A program made the position numbers and the translations under genes. Shown here piece by piece: positions 50,335 to 62,834 of a stretch of DNA of 64,000 bases. Origin of the DNA: Leucoraja erinacea (Eukaryota); contig NC_073380.1 of the NCBI RefSeq assembly GCF_028641065.1, positions 35,030,001-35,094,000 of the forward strand, in the 5' to 3' direction. Below the pieces are notes generated by a model. It searched no databases, had not been told where the DNA came from, and worked only from the letters and a program-made list of their open reading frames with translations. Position 1 is the stretch's first letter; each line of letters begins with the position of its first letter.

Positions 50335-50705
50335 CACAATCATTGTTGTAATCGAGGAAATGCAACGATCAATTTGTGAATAGTAAGCTCCAGCAAACAG
50401 CAATGTGATAATGACAAGACAATCTATTTTAGTGATGTTGATTGAAGGATAATTATTGGTTAGGATACAAAGGACAACTTCCTGCTCTTCAATGCAGTAC
50501 CATGTGGTCATTTGCATCCAGTTGAGAAAGCAGATGTGGGCTTGGTTTCACACCTCAGATAAAATTCCACATTGTCAACAATGCTGCATTCCCCTAATAT
50601 ATATTACTAGTATCATCCTACATTTTTGCGCTTCGATCTTTGGAGCAGATATTGAACTCAGACGAGAATGTCTACAAATAAGCCACAGCCAATGTTGACC
50701 AGGAG
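50335..50705 (-). mobile_element. DeuSINE (SacSINE1/AmnSINE1-related)
   Basis: AAACAGCAATGTGATAATGAC..TGATGTTGATTGAAGGATAA..CCTGCTCTTC..GAGAAAGCAGATG.GGGCTTGGTTT matches the Deu-domain consensus as recalled. Confidence 0.75.
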
Positions 50706-51005
50706 CAATAGGAAATCAAGTGGAATTAGCAGAGCTTGTGACAAATGCTGTAGCAGAAAAACAAATGGTGTAAAAAAAAAAAAAAAAAAAAAGGGGGGGG
50801 GGGGGGGGGGGGGGGGTGTGATGGCCAAATACGGATCAACAATTTTACAGCTGTATTAACTGAAAGCGATCTAGTAAAAATTCTTAATGTGATATGATCC
50901 TGCAAAGCTTTTAGGAGAATGTAGTAATGGAGCAAGCTACAAGTATGCATAACTTACCAAGTGGCAAAACAAAAAGATGAATAGATACAAAAAAGGTCAT
51001 AGACT

Positions 51006-51260
51006 TATGGGCCTGCCCCACTTACGCAACTTTTTAGGCTACTGCAGGAGACCATGCAGTCGTCACATGTTCGCAGGTGGTTGCTGGGCAGTCACCTTTA
51101 TGGTCGTGAGGAGTTCCCACATTCTGGGAACTAGTCGTGGCCTTATTATGGTCACCACGAATTTTTCAAATTGTTGAAAAATTAGCGGCGACTAGAATGA
51201 AGTCGCCGTGGAGAGAAGCGAGAATTCTCGTGCCGTAGGTGGGTCGCCAGGAGGTCTTAA
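51006..51260. mobile_element. Partial Harbinger-like MITE
   Basis: GGGCCTGCCCCACTT end similar to 33130; CpG-rich body. Confidence 0.55.
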
Positions 51261-52009
51261 AATCAGAAAGCAATACAAAATCTCCTAAGTACCTTTACTT
51301 GATTAGGTTCTCCAATACTTGAATTTTATTTGAATTCAGCACATTCTGCAACTGTAAGTGCACATGTCACCGATTATTTTTAGGTCAAAAGCAAATCTGA
51401 ATAACTTCACAAAGTAGCTTTATACTCCAGTTGTAATCCACGTTAACACAAACAGAGATCAGATATGCCAACATTTCTACTCTACACAAATAACCCACCC
51501 CCAATAATTTTTCTGAATGTATTCCTTCCTGTCACTTCTATACATTTCGCTGACTTCTTCTGTGCAACCTTGAAGTGGAGATCAGAAAAGAGAAGTTAGA
51601 ATGGTGAAGACAGCCAAGGACCTTATCTTCTTTTTTTGTCCATTACCTTAATCATTGCCATTCATATTTCTGAAACATCTGCCATAATAGAACACCCACC
51701 TCAGAAGATTGTGCGTCTGCTCTACTTCAGAAACATGAGCACTAAACCCGCGACATTACAATATAGCCCAAACCAAGTCTGCAAAGGCTGTCTTTTGAAT
51801 GAGATTATATCAAAAAAAGGTCCATGTGCTCACCAGTTGAACTAAAGAATCCAGAGCACCACTGCAAAGAACAGTAAGATGCTTCATTTCACTGCACATC
51901 TCATATGTGTATGTGACGAATAAACTTGACGACTTGAAAACTACTTACTCTCAAATCAACTCCACATAATCATTCACTGTTCATTATGATATTGCTGTTT
52001 ATGAGAGAT

Positions 52010-52116
52010 TATAGGCAATAGCAGGAGTAGGCCATTCAGCCCTTCAATGTGATCATCCCAAATCAGTACCCCATTCCTGCCTTCTCCCCATATCCCCCGA
52101 CTCCGCTATCTTTAAG
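52010..52116 (-). mobile_element. CR1/HER1-like 3' tail
   Basis: GCAGGAGTAGGCCATTCAGCCCTTC..CCTGCCTTCTCCCCATATCCCC. Confidence 0.75.
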
Positions 52117-55100
52117 ATTGGTGTGTGCAAAATGCCATTTTCTAATCACAATGTTTACTGCACTTGGAAATAGTAGCATTACTATTTAATGCTACGATAT
52201 CCCACAACTCTGAATTGCACTACACCAATAAGACTTTCAGCATAAAAAAGAAAATAATTTGAGATTTTAATTGACACAGGTATATAAAATATTATGATTA
52301 ATTACACAGAAAAATACACCAATTAATCCTCTTTTTCTGGGACTGATGCTTCAAGTGTAATGCAGATTGACCAATGCATCAATAACATCAGTCATAAACT
52401 GGTTAACAAAAAATGGCACATGCAATCCACATAAACTATAATCGACCCAAATATAATCCATTAACCCTACAAATCTTTAATAACTCCTTAAACCAGGCTT
52501 TGCCTGGATCACTCAACCTCAGTTTAAATATTAGTCTCGATGGAAACAGCGGGACTTTGGCAGAGATTTCATTTGATTACAAAGATTTTGCATGGACAAA
52601 AAATATAATCAAATCTCCCGTAACAGGTAACATTTTAATGGTGCTTTAACTTTGATACCCAGCATGAATAATACTAAACTCTAAATAGAATGGGTATATC
52701 ACAGTCTTTTGAGAAATTGTTCATTAAATTCATTTCTTAAAAACTATGCTTCTAACAACATCCTATTTAAAATTTATCTTGTCAATTAGAACATGCAAAC
52801 CAAGGTTTATACATAGCTAACAAAAATAGACTTAAAGTTCCCAAACTGCTGTACCACACCAGAAGACTGAAATCAAGTTCTAAATGTAGATCACCAATAC
52901 ATGACAAACATTGCTCACTTAATACTTCACAAACACCAAGCACATTTATAAAACGCCAGTCACACTCCCAATGTCAGCTGCCTGTAACTAATACAATTCT
53001 TGTAGTATCACTTTAAACGCCAAAGCATTTCAGAAAGTTTAATATTTTGAATTGTATATCAACATCCAATTTATCATTTGGTAACTTATTCTAAAGCACG
53101 ACCCATGATTTACCAGGATTTAATACAAGTTTCCAAATCTGTTATGGATATAACATTCATAGTGAATCATTTTCAGATTACTTAATGTAATTTATTATAC
53201 AGGTTTCCACACATCAAACACTATGCTACATATCTATATTTCTAAATATAGAGTAAAAACTTGAAATACAAAGTAACAAGCAAGACAAAAACATTTTCAA
53301 ATCTTAAATCTAGACATTGTCTATAAAAAATCCAAAAGGTTTTCTTTTAAAAACTTTAAACTACAAATATTCCCTATCAGGACCACTAAATATTGAGGAT
53401 ATTTCCAAATGTTCGTTCTTTATACACATGGATCCATCTAGTTGTCAGATAATAAATTCCACTTGGTCAAGTTTATCTAACCCAGCATTACGATTAAAGT
53501 CAATTCCACTTCCATTTCACAATTCGGATATTACATTATTCTCAACTTCCATAGATGGAAGCGAGGCACCTACAGCTTTGCACAGAAGCTAGTTAGGCAG
53601 GTAGATTTCTCCAAGAATGCCACATTCAATACGTTAATAGATTATTTCCAGTTCACAAAATCACTTTCATAAAACAAAGGATGTTTTTTTTTTAAATTCG
53701 CTGATTATTACACCGCTATAAGAAAAATGACGCCCCCCTCCCAAAAATATCATCCAGTCTTAAATTCACCAGGACGGTGGGGGCTTGACGGAACCCATGG
53801 ACGGGATAGCTTCAGTCTTTCTTATAATTACTGTCAATGACCGGAGTCAAATTAAGCTGCCATCTTAGGTTAAGAGCGATTCTTTGTGTACAGCCTGTCC
53901 AGAGAGAAAACGCTGACCAAACAAACGACTGGAGAGCTCCCATCCTCCTCATGGTAAAAAGTTAGCTTGCTGAGAAAGCTATGGGAATAGTTTGATAAAT
54001 CATTTAACATAGTGGATGAAAAAAATCTGAAACCTAACCTGCAAGTTTTTTTTAATTTTAAGTCTGCGCGCATGTTTGTGCCCCCCCGTCCCGAACAAAG
54101 AGGTTTTACAATGTGTGAATGTGTGTGTCCTTGCCGCCGAAGACAACGACAAACATGGATGATTAAGCCTTGATGATTGTGAAATGTTGTGCGAGTGCTC
54201 GAGTGCCCAGTGGGATCTACCCCTCCCCTTACAATCCCTATTGCCCCCTTTCCTCTTGATTTTCTCCTCCTCACGCTTTCACAAATGCACGTGTTTTCAG
54301 TTCTCCTGAACTCAGTTTTGAAATATACACAAACACACGCGCACACTGAAGGATTTTAAAAGAAACAATCGGCTTATATCGAACACGGTGCAAGCGAATG
54401 AATGAAAAAAGTCCATCTACAGTTTCACGCCTGGCTTGGGCTTTACAGTAGCGCAAAGTGTCTTTCAATCCCAACACACCGACAACACGCACTCGATTAT
54501 GTTGCTAAAGACCCGAGGTCTTCTTTCAGACCACATTCTTCTTCAGACAAATCACAGGCTGGTCCAAGAGACAGCGACAACTAACCAGGACTGAAACCGA
54601 CCACAAAGAGAAGCGCCTTTTTAATCTCAGCCTTTTGGTGGTTGTTACTCAAATACGACTGGCAAAGGAAACAGTAACGGAAACATTAAAGACGCCGTTT
54701 GAGCTTGAAGTTGAACAGTTCACTCTCCACCAAAAAGAAAGCTAGAATTATTTTTAAAGCCTCTTCCGACCTTATCTCAGAGCTGCCAAGCCCCATTATC
54801 TCGCAGTCTCTGGCCCTCTCGGTGACCAGCGTCTCCCCCACCCCCGACCTTCAGTGGCGGCAGCGGTGAGTATGTGTGAGAAACTAGTTCAAACCATTCG
54901 CGTCCACTACGGTGACCTGTGGGAACCACGAGCGCCCAAACCACCACACACACACACACACACACAGCGAGAGAAAGAGAGAGAAACTTAAACTAAACCC
55001 ACAATCAGAGCACACAGAACAGGACGGGACACAGACACTCAGTCATTACAAGAAAGAGGGACAGTAAACTCACTGCTGGCTGTGATGAGGACAGCGCTGC

Positions 55101-55286
55101 TCTATTAATGAAATGTTAATGGCTGCTTTTGCCAGCGGCAACGCACTCTCTCCAGTAGTGGTAGTTAGTAATCTCGCTGACCGCCTGCCCTCACCTCCTC
55201 CTCCCCGTCCTTTCATGTTTATTTACAGTCAAATTTCCTCTAACTCGACCCAACCGCCGACTCTCACACTTACTCTCCGTACTTAC

Positions 55287-55650
55287 TTTGTTGGTGTTCC
55301 TTTTTTTTAAACAAACAATTAAATTGTTTTTTCCACACTCTTCTTTCGCTCGTGCCTTTTTTTTTTTTTAATGAAATCGTTAATTAAATTTGTTTTTATT
55401 TTTTAATTTTTTTTTTTCAAGCAGTTTATTATAGTCTTTTCCCCAGCGGCGCTTCACTCGTGTTTTATAGTTGTGATAATCTTCTCGCTCGCCGCCTGTC
55501 CTCACTCACTCACTCCTTTGTGTTATTTCTCTCTCACCAGAAGTTGGAGCCCCGGCTTCCCCCGCGCGTTCTCGTCGCTCTTCTCCTCCTCCTCCGCCTC
55601 CTCTTCTCCCCAGCAACGCGCTCCACGCTCTGCGTGCGTGCGTGCGCGCC
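55287..55650 (-). other. CHD7: Probable non-coding exon 1 of CHD7 (boundaries approximate)
   Basis: Lies in a CpG-rich tract. Candidate donors AAA|GTAAGT (55286-55281) and AGA|GTAAGT (55273-55268), also GCA|GTGAGT (55073-55068). GAAATAACACAAAGGAG (~55513-55529) resembles human exon 1 as recalled. TSS not determinable from sequence. Confidence 0.6.
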
Positions 55651-55900
55651 CCCGACGCCACGTGCTCAACGCCGTCGCATCAACGAATTTTATTTGCATA
55701 TTTCTCTCCCGCCTCCCGATTGGACGGCCACCTCCCCCATCCCCCACCCCAGCACGCGGCCGTCAAACGGGGGGAAACGGCCCGAGACTAAACTGATTCA
55801 AACGTCAAAGGTCTGGACTCTTAATGGCCCCGCTCAGCCGCCCAACGTGGAAAGTGCTTTCGCTTCTTTCCATCTCTGGGCCTCGGAGCTTGAGACTTTT
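55440..55900 (-). promoter_or_regulatory. CpG-island promoter of CHD7
   Basis: High GC/CpG, TE-free. CACGTG 55659-55664, octamer ATGCAAAT 55699-55692, GC-box-like sites, CCAAT 55723-55719. Confidence 0.72.
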
Positions 55901-55965
55901 GTTTACAAAAATCTTTCGCTCTTCAATGGGTAGGAGGAGGGGGAGGATACAACATAGAAATGTGT

Positions 55966-56181
55966 AGGAAGGAACTGTGCAGATGCTGGTTTACACTGAA
56001 GATAGACACGAAAAATGCTGGAGTAACTCAGCGGGACAGGCAGCATCTCTGGATGGGAAGGAGTGGGTGACGCTTTGGGTTTTCGACCCTTCTGCAGTCA
56101 CTCCAGCATTAATGTCTATATTGGTGTAACCCAGCATCTGCAATTCCCGCCTCAACATCACCCATTCTGTCTGTCCAGAAA
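55966..56181 (-). mobile_element. Penelope-derived fold-back element upstream of the CHD7 promoter
   Basis: Terminal repeat with decayed hammerhead (56066-56097) followed by inverted partial copies; 12-bp TSD ATAGAAATGTGT (55954-55965, 56182-56193). Confidence 0.8.
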
Positions 56182-56204
56182 ATAGAAATGTGTCCTGTGC
56201 GACG

Positions 56205-56775
56205 TTTGCTGACGGGGCGGATGGTCAGTGAGGTGAAGGGAGGGCGGGCGGACGGACGATCAGTGAGGTGACTGGAGGGCGGATGGTGTAAGGGGAAGGG
56301 AGGGCGGACGGTGTGTGAGGGGACGGACGATCAGTGAGGTGACTGGAGGGCGGATGGTGTAAGGGGACGGTGTGTAAGGGGACGGACGATCAGTGAGGTG
56401 ACTGGAGCACTGCAGGGCGGATGGTGTAAGGGGACGGTGTGTGAGGGGACGGTGTGTGAGGGGACGGACGATCAGTGAGGTGACTGGAGGGCGGATGGTG
56501 TAAGGGGACGGTGTGTGAGGGGACGAACGACCAGTGAGGTGACTGGAGCACTGCAGGGCGGATGGTGTAAGGGGACGGTGTGTAAGGGGACGGTGTGTGA
56601 GGGGACGGTGTGTGAGGGGACGGTGTGTGAGGGGACGGTGTGTGAGGGGACGGTGTGTAAGGGGACGGTGTGTGAGGGGCCGGACGATCAGTGACGTGAC
56701 TGGAGGGCGGACGGTGTAAGGGGACGGTGTGTAAGGGGACGGTGTGTAAGGGGACGGTGTGTGAGGGGACGGACG
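56205..56775 (+). repeat. G-rich minisatellite, 15-bp unit GGGGACGGTGTGT(G/A)A with higher-order blocks
   Basis: Directly visible tandem copies interspersed with GATCAGTGAGGTGACTGGAG(CACTGCAG)GGCGGATGGTGTAA blocks. Confidence 0.95.
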
Positions 56776-57480
56776 AGCTGACGCGAGTCCCCGATGGCTT
56801 TGTGCCAATCGGCCCTGACGTATGTCCACGCGCGCATCAAGGGCCCGGATCTGCCCCCGTGCCCGTTATGTTACGTAGATGAGTGCGAGGGGATCCTGAG
56901 GTGCGGCCCTCGCTCCCCCGTGTTACGCAAACCATCCGGGCGTCCATTACAGCCTCACCCCCGCGCTTACGCGAAACAACAAAAACAGCACAGCAGCAGT
57001 GCCGTCAAGGTCGCGCACGTCGCTTTTTTTTTCACACAAAAATCCGGTGTTTGAAAGCGCTCCCACTTTGTGTTGTGTGACCATTATTGTTTGTTTCGGC
57101 TACTGACTGACGCAAGTGAACAATAAAATGGATCCGCTCCCTCCCCCCGTCGCTCCGCACTGGGAGCCGGAGGCGCGCCTTGTGCGGTGCCGCCACCACC
57201 ATCCCTCCTCCTCAACTGCACTTTAATCCGAGCTGGTTGATTTATTTGCGCGCAGTCAAGTGCGTTTGAATTAAACTACGAGTTGAATGTGGAAGGCAAA
57301 AAAAAGTGTTGGCTTTCTCGACAGATGCGGAGCACTCCTTCGCCGCCTCCTGCTGCCGCTTTCTCCCAAGGACAGTCCAACAAGAGACGCGGCATCCGTT
57401 TTAAACCCACCTTTTTTTAAATTTGACGTAAGTTAACGTGGCACAAGGTGCAATAACCTATCGTGCAGCAGGTGCATGGT
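56775..57480. promoter_or_regulatory. Second CpG-rich upstream regulatory block
   Basis: Dense CpG; CCAAT ~56806, TGACG/TTACG CRE- and C/EBP-like sites, SOX-like ATTGTT/AACAAT, PBX-HOX-like TGATTTAT 57238-57245. Confidence 0.55.
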
Positions 57481-57949
57481 ACGCCTTGGGGCAGCCATTT
57501 CTAAATATGCGCAGTACAAAATATTCTTAAACGACACTTACTCGGTTTTATTTACAGACTAAGCAATCTTTTTTTTAACTGCTATAATTTATAAGTAGGA
57601 TTCTGTAAACTTGCGCTTAAGATGAATTTAAGTAGAAAGTTACGGAAAATGTTTCTGTTCAAGCAGCTTCTGTGGAGAAAGAAAATTAGATTCGAGAAGA
57701 ATGATATTCGCAAAAATCATCCAGCCAAAAAGTTATTATTTCCAGCATTTTCGGGTTTTATTTCTGACTTTCAACAGCTACGGTATATTTGATGGGGTTT
57801 TTTAAACTTTATCGAAACTACTGTAGAATCAAAATGTATTCTGGTGAAAGTTGTGTATGATCATGTAAAATAAAGTTTCAAAACGAATAAGCTTTATATC
57901 TTTTATTTGGCTTTGTGATAATATTTACATGAATGTGAATGGAGCAGAT

Positions 57950-59010
57950 GAAAGGGTAGTTGGAGATTGTTGGTAGTGGGAGGGCTACAAATTTCTGAAC
58001 ATTGAGAGCAATGTGTGAAACATTCCCCTTGGTTGATGGCATCCTACATTTTATTCTGAGGCATTAGGACTGTTTCTGGAGTAAGTATACCCAGAACACT
58101 TGTACGGGATACATCAGCTGAACTGGGACCAACATACTCTTGGTGGAATGTGCTAGTCTTATTGGTAAAGGGTTAATTTAGCATACCAGTGGATGGGAAT
58201 TCCAAAGGGAATTCTGATACAGGTACAATGGAAACAAAGAGGGAATTAACCTACAAGTGAACATTGATTTCTCCAACTTTAGGTAACTACCCGACAAATC
58301 AGTTAGGATGTCAGATTTATAGGAATATCGTGGATGGCAAATTCATGGGATGATTTTGTGCTCATCGAAAGAGGACCAAGAAAGGCAAGAGAGAATATGA
58401 GTTTAAAAGTCAAGAAAGATAAAATAGTTGTTTAGATTTGCTATAGCTGAGTATTAAGGAAAAGAAAAAAACAAAGATAAATGTGGTTACCTTGCAAACT
58501 GACAGCAGAAAGAAAATGAGAGTGGAATTTAGCAAGTACTTTGTGTATGTCTTCATGCTAAAAAGCATGAAAAATGTCCACAATTAATTGAGAACCAAAG
58601 GCCTGATAAGAATGGGGAATTGAAGGAAAGAAATACGTGGAAAAAAAGAGGTTGGTGCCAGAAGCTGATGAAATCTAGTGAGAAATTTTGAAAGATTTGC
58701 CAAAGGAATTGGTGAATGTTCTGGGTATCATTTTACAAAATGTTATAGATTCTGAAATTATTCTTGTGGATTGAACGATAGGAACTGAACCAGCTATTTA
58801 AGAAGAGAGAGAGAAAAAATGAAGTTACAGCTAGCCTACTGCCCGTGGGAAAGGTGTCTGTCCATAGTGAAGCATGTATAATACACCATGAACAGATTTT
58901 TTAAATTGAACAATCAACATGGATTTATGAAAGAAGAATTATTTATGACTAATCTACTGGTGTTCTTTGAGACAAGGGGGAATGAGTGGATGTGGCATAT
59001 GCCGATACCC
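57950..59010 (+). mobile_element. Very old CR1-like remnants (ORF1 end to RT start)
   Basis: TTTAGCAAGTACTTTGTGTATGTCTTCA, CAACATGGATTTATGAAAG, GTGGATGTGGCATAT phrases. Confidence 0.55.
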
Positions 59011-59699
59011 CACTTAGTGCCTTCTCTAAAAAGTAATTTGTTCTAATGTTGTTAGACCTAAGTCTGAACTTTCAGCATTACCTACTCGACTGAATGCATC
59101 TCCTTGGGTTATACTCCACTGAGCCAGGAATCTGGAGCAATTTTCCCTACTGCTCTGCGATTTAAAAAAAAGTCTGCTGGGAAAGGTTGAACAGCCAAAG
59201 AAATGGTGAGATAGCCACTATAATCGCATCCAAGAAATTCCCCCACTTGTCATATTGGCCAGTTCTACTTGGCTGCTCTGTTTGCTTCATCCTTGCCAAT
59301 GCCCACTCCCACAGACACCTTACCTTGGTGATTCACTTCACACTGAGCCATGTGTAGATTAGAACACTTTCTCTGTATTCTATAAGAACACCAGTAGAGT
59401 GTTCTTATAGAGGGATCCTTGCGGATTGATGCAAGGATCACAGCATTCACCTCTACAGTTACAATGACCACTTGTATTCCACTAGCATTCTAATTCCTGG
59501 GAATGCATCCTGAAAGCCAGACAGGGTGTGCAATATACTTGTATTTTCACACAAGATAGAACACATGGAATTCAGGTTAATATACTACCAAGGATCGAGA
59601 ATTCTTCATATATCAGGGTGTTCATCGACTGGGTCTCTGCTCATCCCTTGCAATTGGATCTTTGACTTCAACCTCAATCAGTCCAAATTGGCAGCAACA

Positions 59700-60600
59700 C
59701 TTCTCAATGATCATCAACACAGGATCACCTCAAGGCTGTGTGCTCAGTATCCAGTTCTACTCTATATGTATGACTGTAGTCAGACATGACCCAACACCAT
59801 CTTTAAATTTGCCCACAATAACTTTGTTATTGGAGGAATAACAGGTAATAATGAGTTGAGTACAAGAGGGAGATCGATAATCTGATTGAATATAATTGAT
59901 TGACTATAACACCAATTTTGCTCTCAATGTTAACAATGCCAAGGAGGTGGTTGTTGACTTCATTACAGGCAATCCAAGGATCCTTGAACCTGTCTTCATC
60001 AGCAGGACATCGAAGAAGAGAGTTAACAGCTTCAAGTTCTGGGTGTTCATTTCTCTGAAGATCTGTCCTGGGCAAGCATGTTGATGCAATCACAATGTTC
60101 ACTTATGCCTCCACTTCCTTGGAAAAGTGAAGAGATCCGTTGTGTTGCTGAATACTCTACCAAATTTCTACAGGTTTACAATAGAGACCATACTGACTGG
60201 TTGCATAACAGCCTGGTTCAGTAACTCGAACACACAGGAGCAAAAGAGACTGCAGAAAACAGTAGACGTTGCCTGGTCCATAATGAGTAATGATCTTCCA
60301 ACCAGCAAAGGAATCTACAGGAGGCTCTGCCTCAAAAAAGCAGCTAATAACATCAAAGACCCCCACTACCCTGTCACTCATCCCGCTGCTACCATCTGGA
60401 AGAAGATACGGGAACCTGAGAAACATGCCCACCAGGTGCAAGAACAGTTTCTTCCCAGCAACCATCAGATTCATGAACCACATTGCACAACGATCCTACC
60501 TCAGAAATGATCTGCTATGGACTTTATTTCTGTTGCTCTGCGCTCTGCGGGGTCACACTGTTGTGGCCCGTTTAACGTATTGCTGATTATTAATATATTG
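59700..60600 (+). mobile_element. Older Rex1/Babar-like LINE, RT and C-terminus
   Basis: NTGSPQGCVLS, LNVNNAKEVVVDF, FYRFTIETILTGCITAWF, LLPSGRRY..KNSFFPATIRFMN. Confidence 0.82.
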
Positions 60601-60769
60601 TAAAATTTATTTGTAGTTTATTTTCTTAATATGCTGTCCTGAGAATTTTCACCATTTGCGGTTACATTTTCAGCATTTGTAGTTTTTTTTATTTGATTTT
60701 CATGGATTGAGTATTGGAATTGTTTAGAAAGTATTAAAATAAATAAATCATCCTCGGGTGGACGAGCTG

Positions 60770-62260
60770 TGTCCTGGTAGGTTCAGTACCTGGACCCCAG
60801 CTATTTGCAATCTATATAAATGATTTGACTATGGGGACAAATAATATATTTTCAAAACTAGATGCGATTGGGAGTAGGAGGCAAATGTAAAGAAATTTCA
60901 AGAGGATACATATGCTGAGTAAGTGGGAAAGAATGTTGCAGATGTACACAGGCGCAACAGAAATGTGTTTTTCACTTATCGGACACAACATAAAAACAGA
61001 ATATTTTTTATAATAGAGAGTGATTGCATATCATTGATGTTCAAAGATCCCCTTGTCCTTGCACTCCTGTAACTCAAAACTAGAATGCAGACACAACAAT
61101 CAAATAAGAAATGAAATGGTGCTCTGGTCTTTATTACAAGATGATGTATGTACAGGAATAAAGATACTTTACTACAGTTATACCAAGGGGACATGAGACT
61201 AGATACTGGAATCTTGAGCAGTTTTTTTTTGTAATTATATAAAACCATGGCGAGATTGCACTGAGAGTATTGTGTATACATTTTTTGTCTCTATAACTGA
61301 AATAATGTACTTATAGTGCAGTGGAGGTAGACTGGACTAGTTGTAACGATGTTGGCTTTACTCGGCAATTAGAAATCGAACATACAAGGCCTATATCTCA
61401 AGAAGTCCAAGAGAAACTAGATGCAATTGGGTGGCGCGGCGCGGCAGCCGCGCCAGCAGTCTGTTCGTCCTTTCACCCTTTTTGTTATTTTTAGTCTGTT
61501 CAAAGTATGTTCCTGGAGGTTTCTTAGTCTTCTTTATGTGGGGGAGGTGGGGAGGGGAGACCAGTCACTTCCTGGTCGGGATGCATCTATTCCCGAGTTG
61601 CATCCTCCCGAGTTTCCAGCTCGGCATGTGGACTTCGGGAGCCGCAGTCTCCGGTAGGAAGTGGCCAATTCGGAACTCCAAGCCGTCGAGAGTGTTCTTC
61701 CGTTCCGAGCTCCGATCATCCCGGCGAGAGGGCCTGAAACATCGGGCCGCCGTAGCGGCAAACGCAGAGGTCCCAAAGGCCCTGGCCACGGGTGAACAAA
61801 GAGGAAGAGGACTGAACTTTATTGCCTTCCCTCACAGTGTGAAACGTTGATTCTTCATGTTAAATTCTATTGTGTATTGTGTTCTTTTTATTCGTATGTA
61901 TGGTAATTCAAATCTCACTGTACCAATTGGTGCAGGTGATAATAAATGTCTCTTGACCTCTTGAGAATATCTCTGAAACATAGAAAGTTCTTACATGGTT
62001 CACAAGAAACTTAGTTTAGACCAGTCTCAGTATAAGGAATAGACCATTAGGGTGGAGATGAGGAATATTTTCTACACACGGTAATTAGTGAATCTTGCAA
62101 TTTTCTGCCATGGAGTCTCAATTATTGAATGCATTTTCATATGGGAAGGGAATCAAATGAGATGGGTAGAATGCAAAAAAAAAATGGTATTGAATAGAAA
62201 ATCAATCATGATTTTGATAAAAACTGAAGCAGGCTCCAAAGCAAATTTGCTGCCATCATT
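60770..62260 (+). mobile_element. Old CR1-like remnants interrupted by a GC-rich element
   Basis: GSVPGPQLFAIYINDL-like motif, CTGAGAGTATTGTGTATAC. Confidence 0.6.
61430..61965 (+). mobile_element. GC-rich non-autonomous retroposon with Rex-like tail
   Basis: CpG-rich body; tail TCACTGTACC..GGTGCAGGTGATAATAAA-(TCTCTTG)n. Confidence 0.6.
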
Positions 62261-62834
62261 TGTTTTAATCATATGTTCTAAAATGTTAGATGCAGTACCC
62301 AGCATATATTCTCTAAGAACAGAAATAGTTCAACATCTCAAAGGCAATTATGGATGAATATTAAATGTAAATCTTGCTACTAATGCCCAAATTCCACCTG
62401 GGAATTTAAAGCAAAATGATAAAAAAATTAATTCACTCTTTAGATTCTGACACAGATGATAAATTTGTAGATCACGTTGTCAAATCAAAAATCTTATTCA
62501 ATGTTTCATTTGAACTTCCTAAATCCAACATATGTTTTAAGTTTTATTCGATAATGAAATCGAGTGATACTTTATTTCTGAGGCATGAATCGGGGTTTAC
62601 CCTCAGAACAAATTGTGCTTTGGCCTGGATGCCAGCACTGAGGGAAACATCCACTCTTATCATTTAATCACATTCAGAATCTTTATTTCAAGAAAGCAAA
62701 TTCACTTTGCTAACTTCCAAGAGTATAGGTCCAATCTGCTCACCTTCATCTCATGTCAACTCTTTTATCCCAGAGAATTAACCTGGAATTGCCTCCAATT
62801 CCTTATTGCATCCTTAAATATGCATCCTTAAATA

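Noticed and set aside
55460-55933. 157-aa plus-strand ORF over the promoter
   Set aside because: Stop-poor GC-rich sequence with no recognisable domain.
56205-56775. CRISPR-like array
   Set aside because: Tandem units without unique spacers, in vertebrate DNA with no cas genes.
56260-56829. 189-aa ORF with HRPLT repeats
   Set aside because: Translation of the 15-bp minisatellite; no coding evidence.
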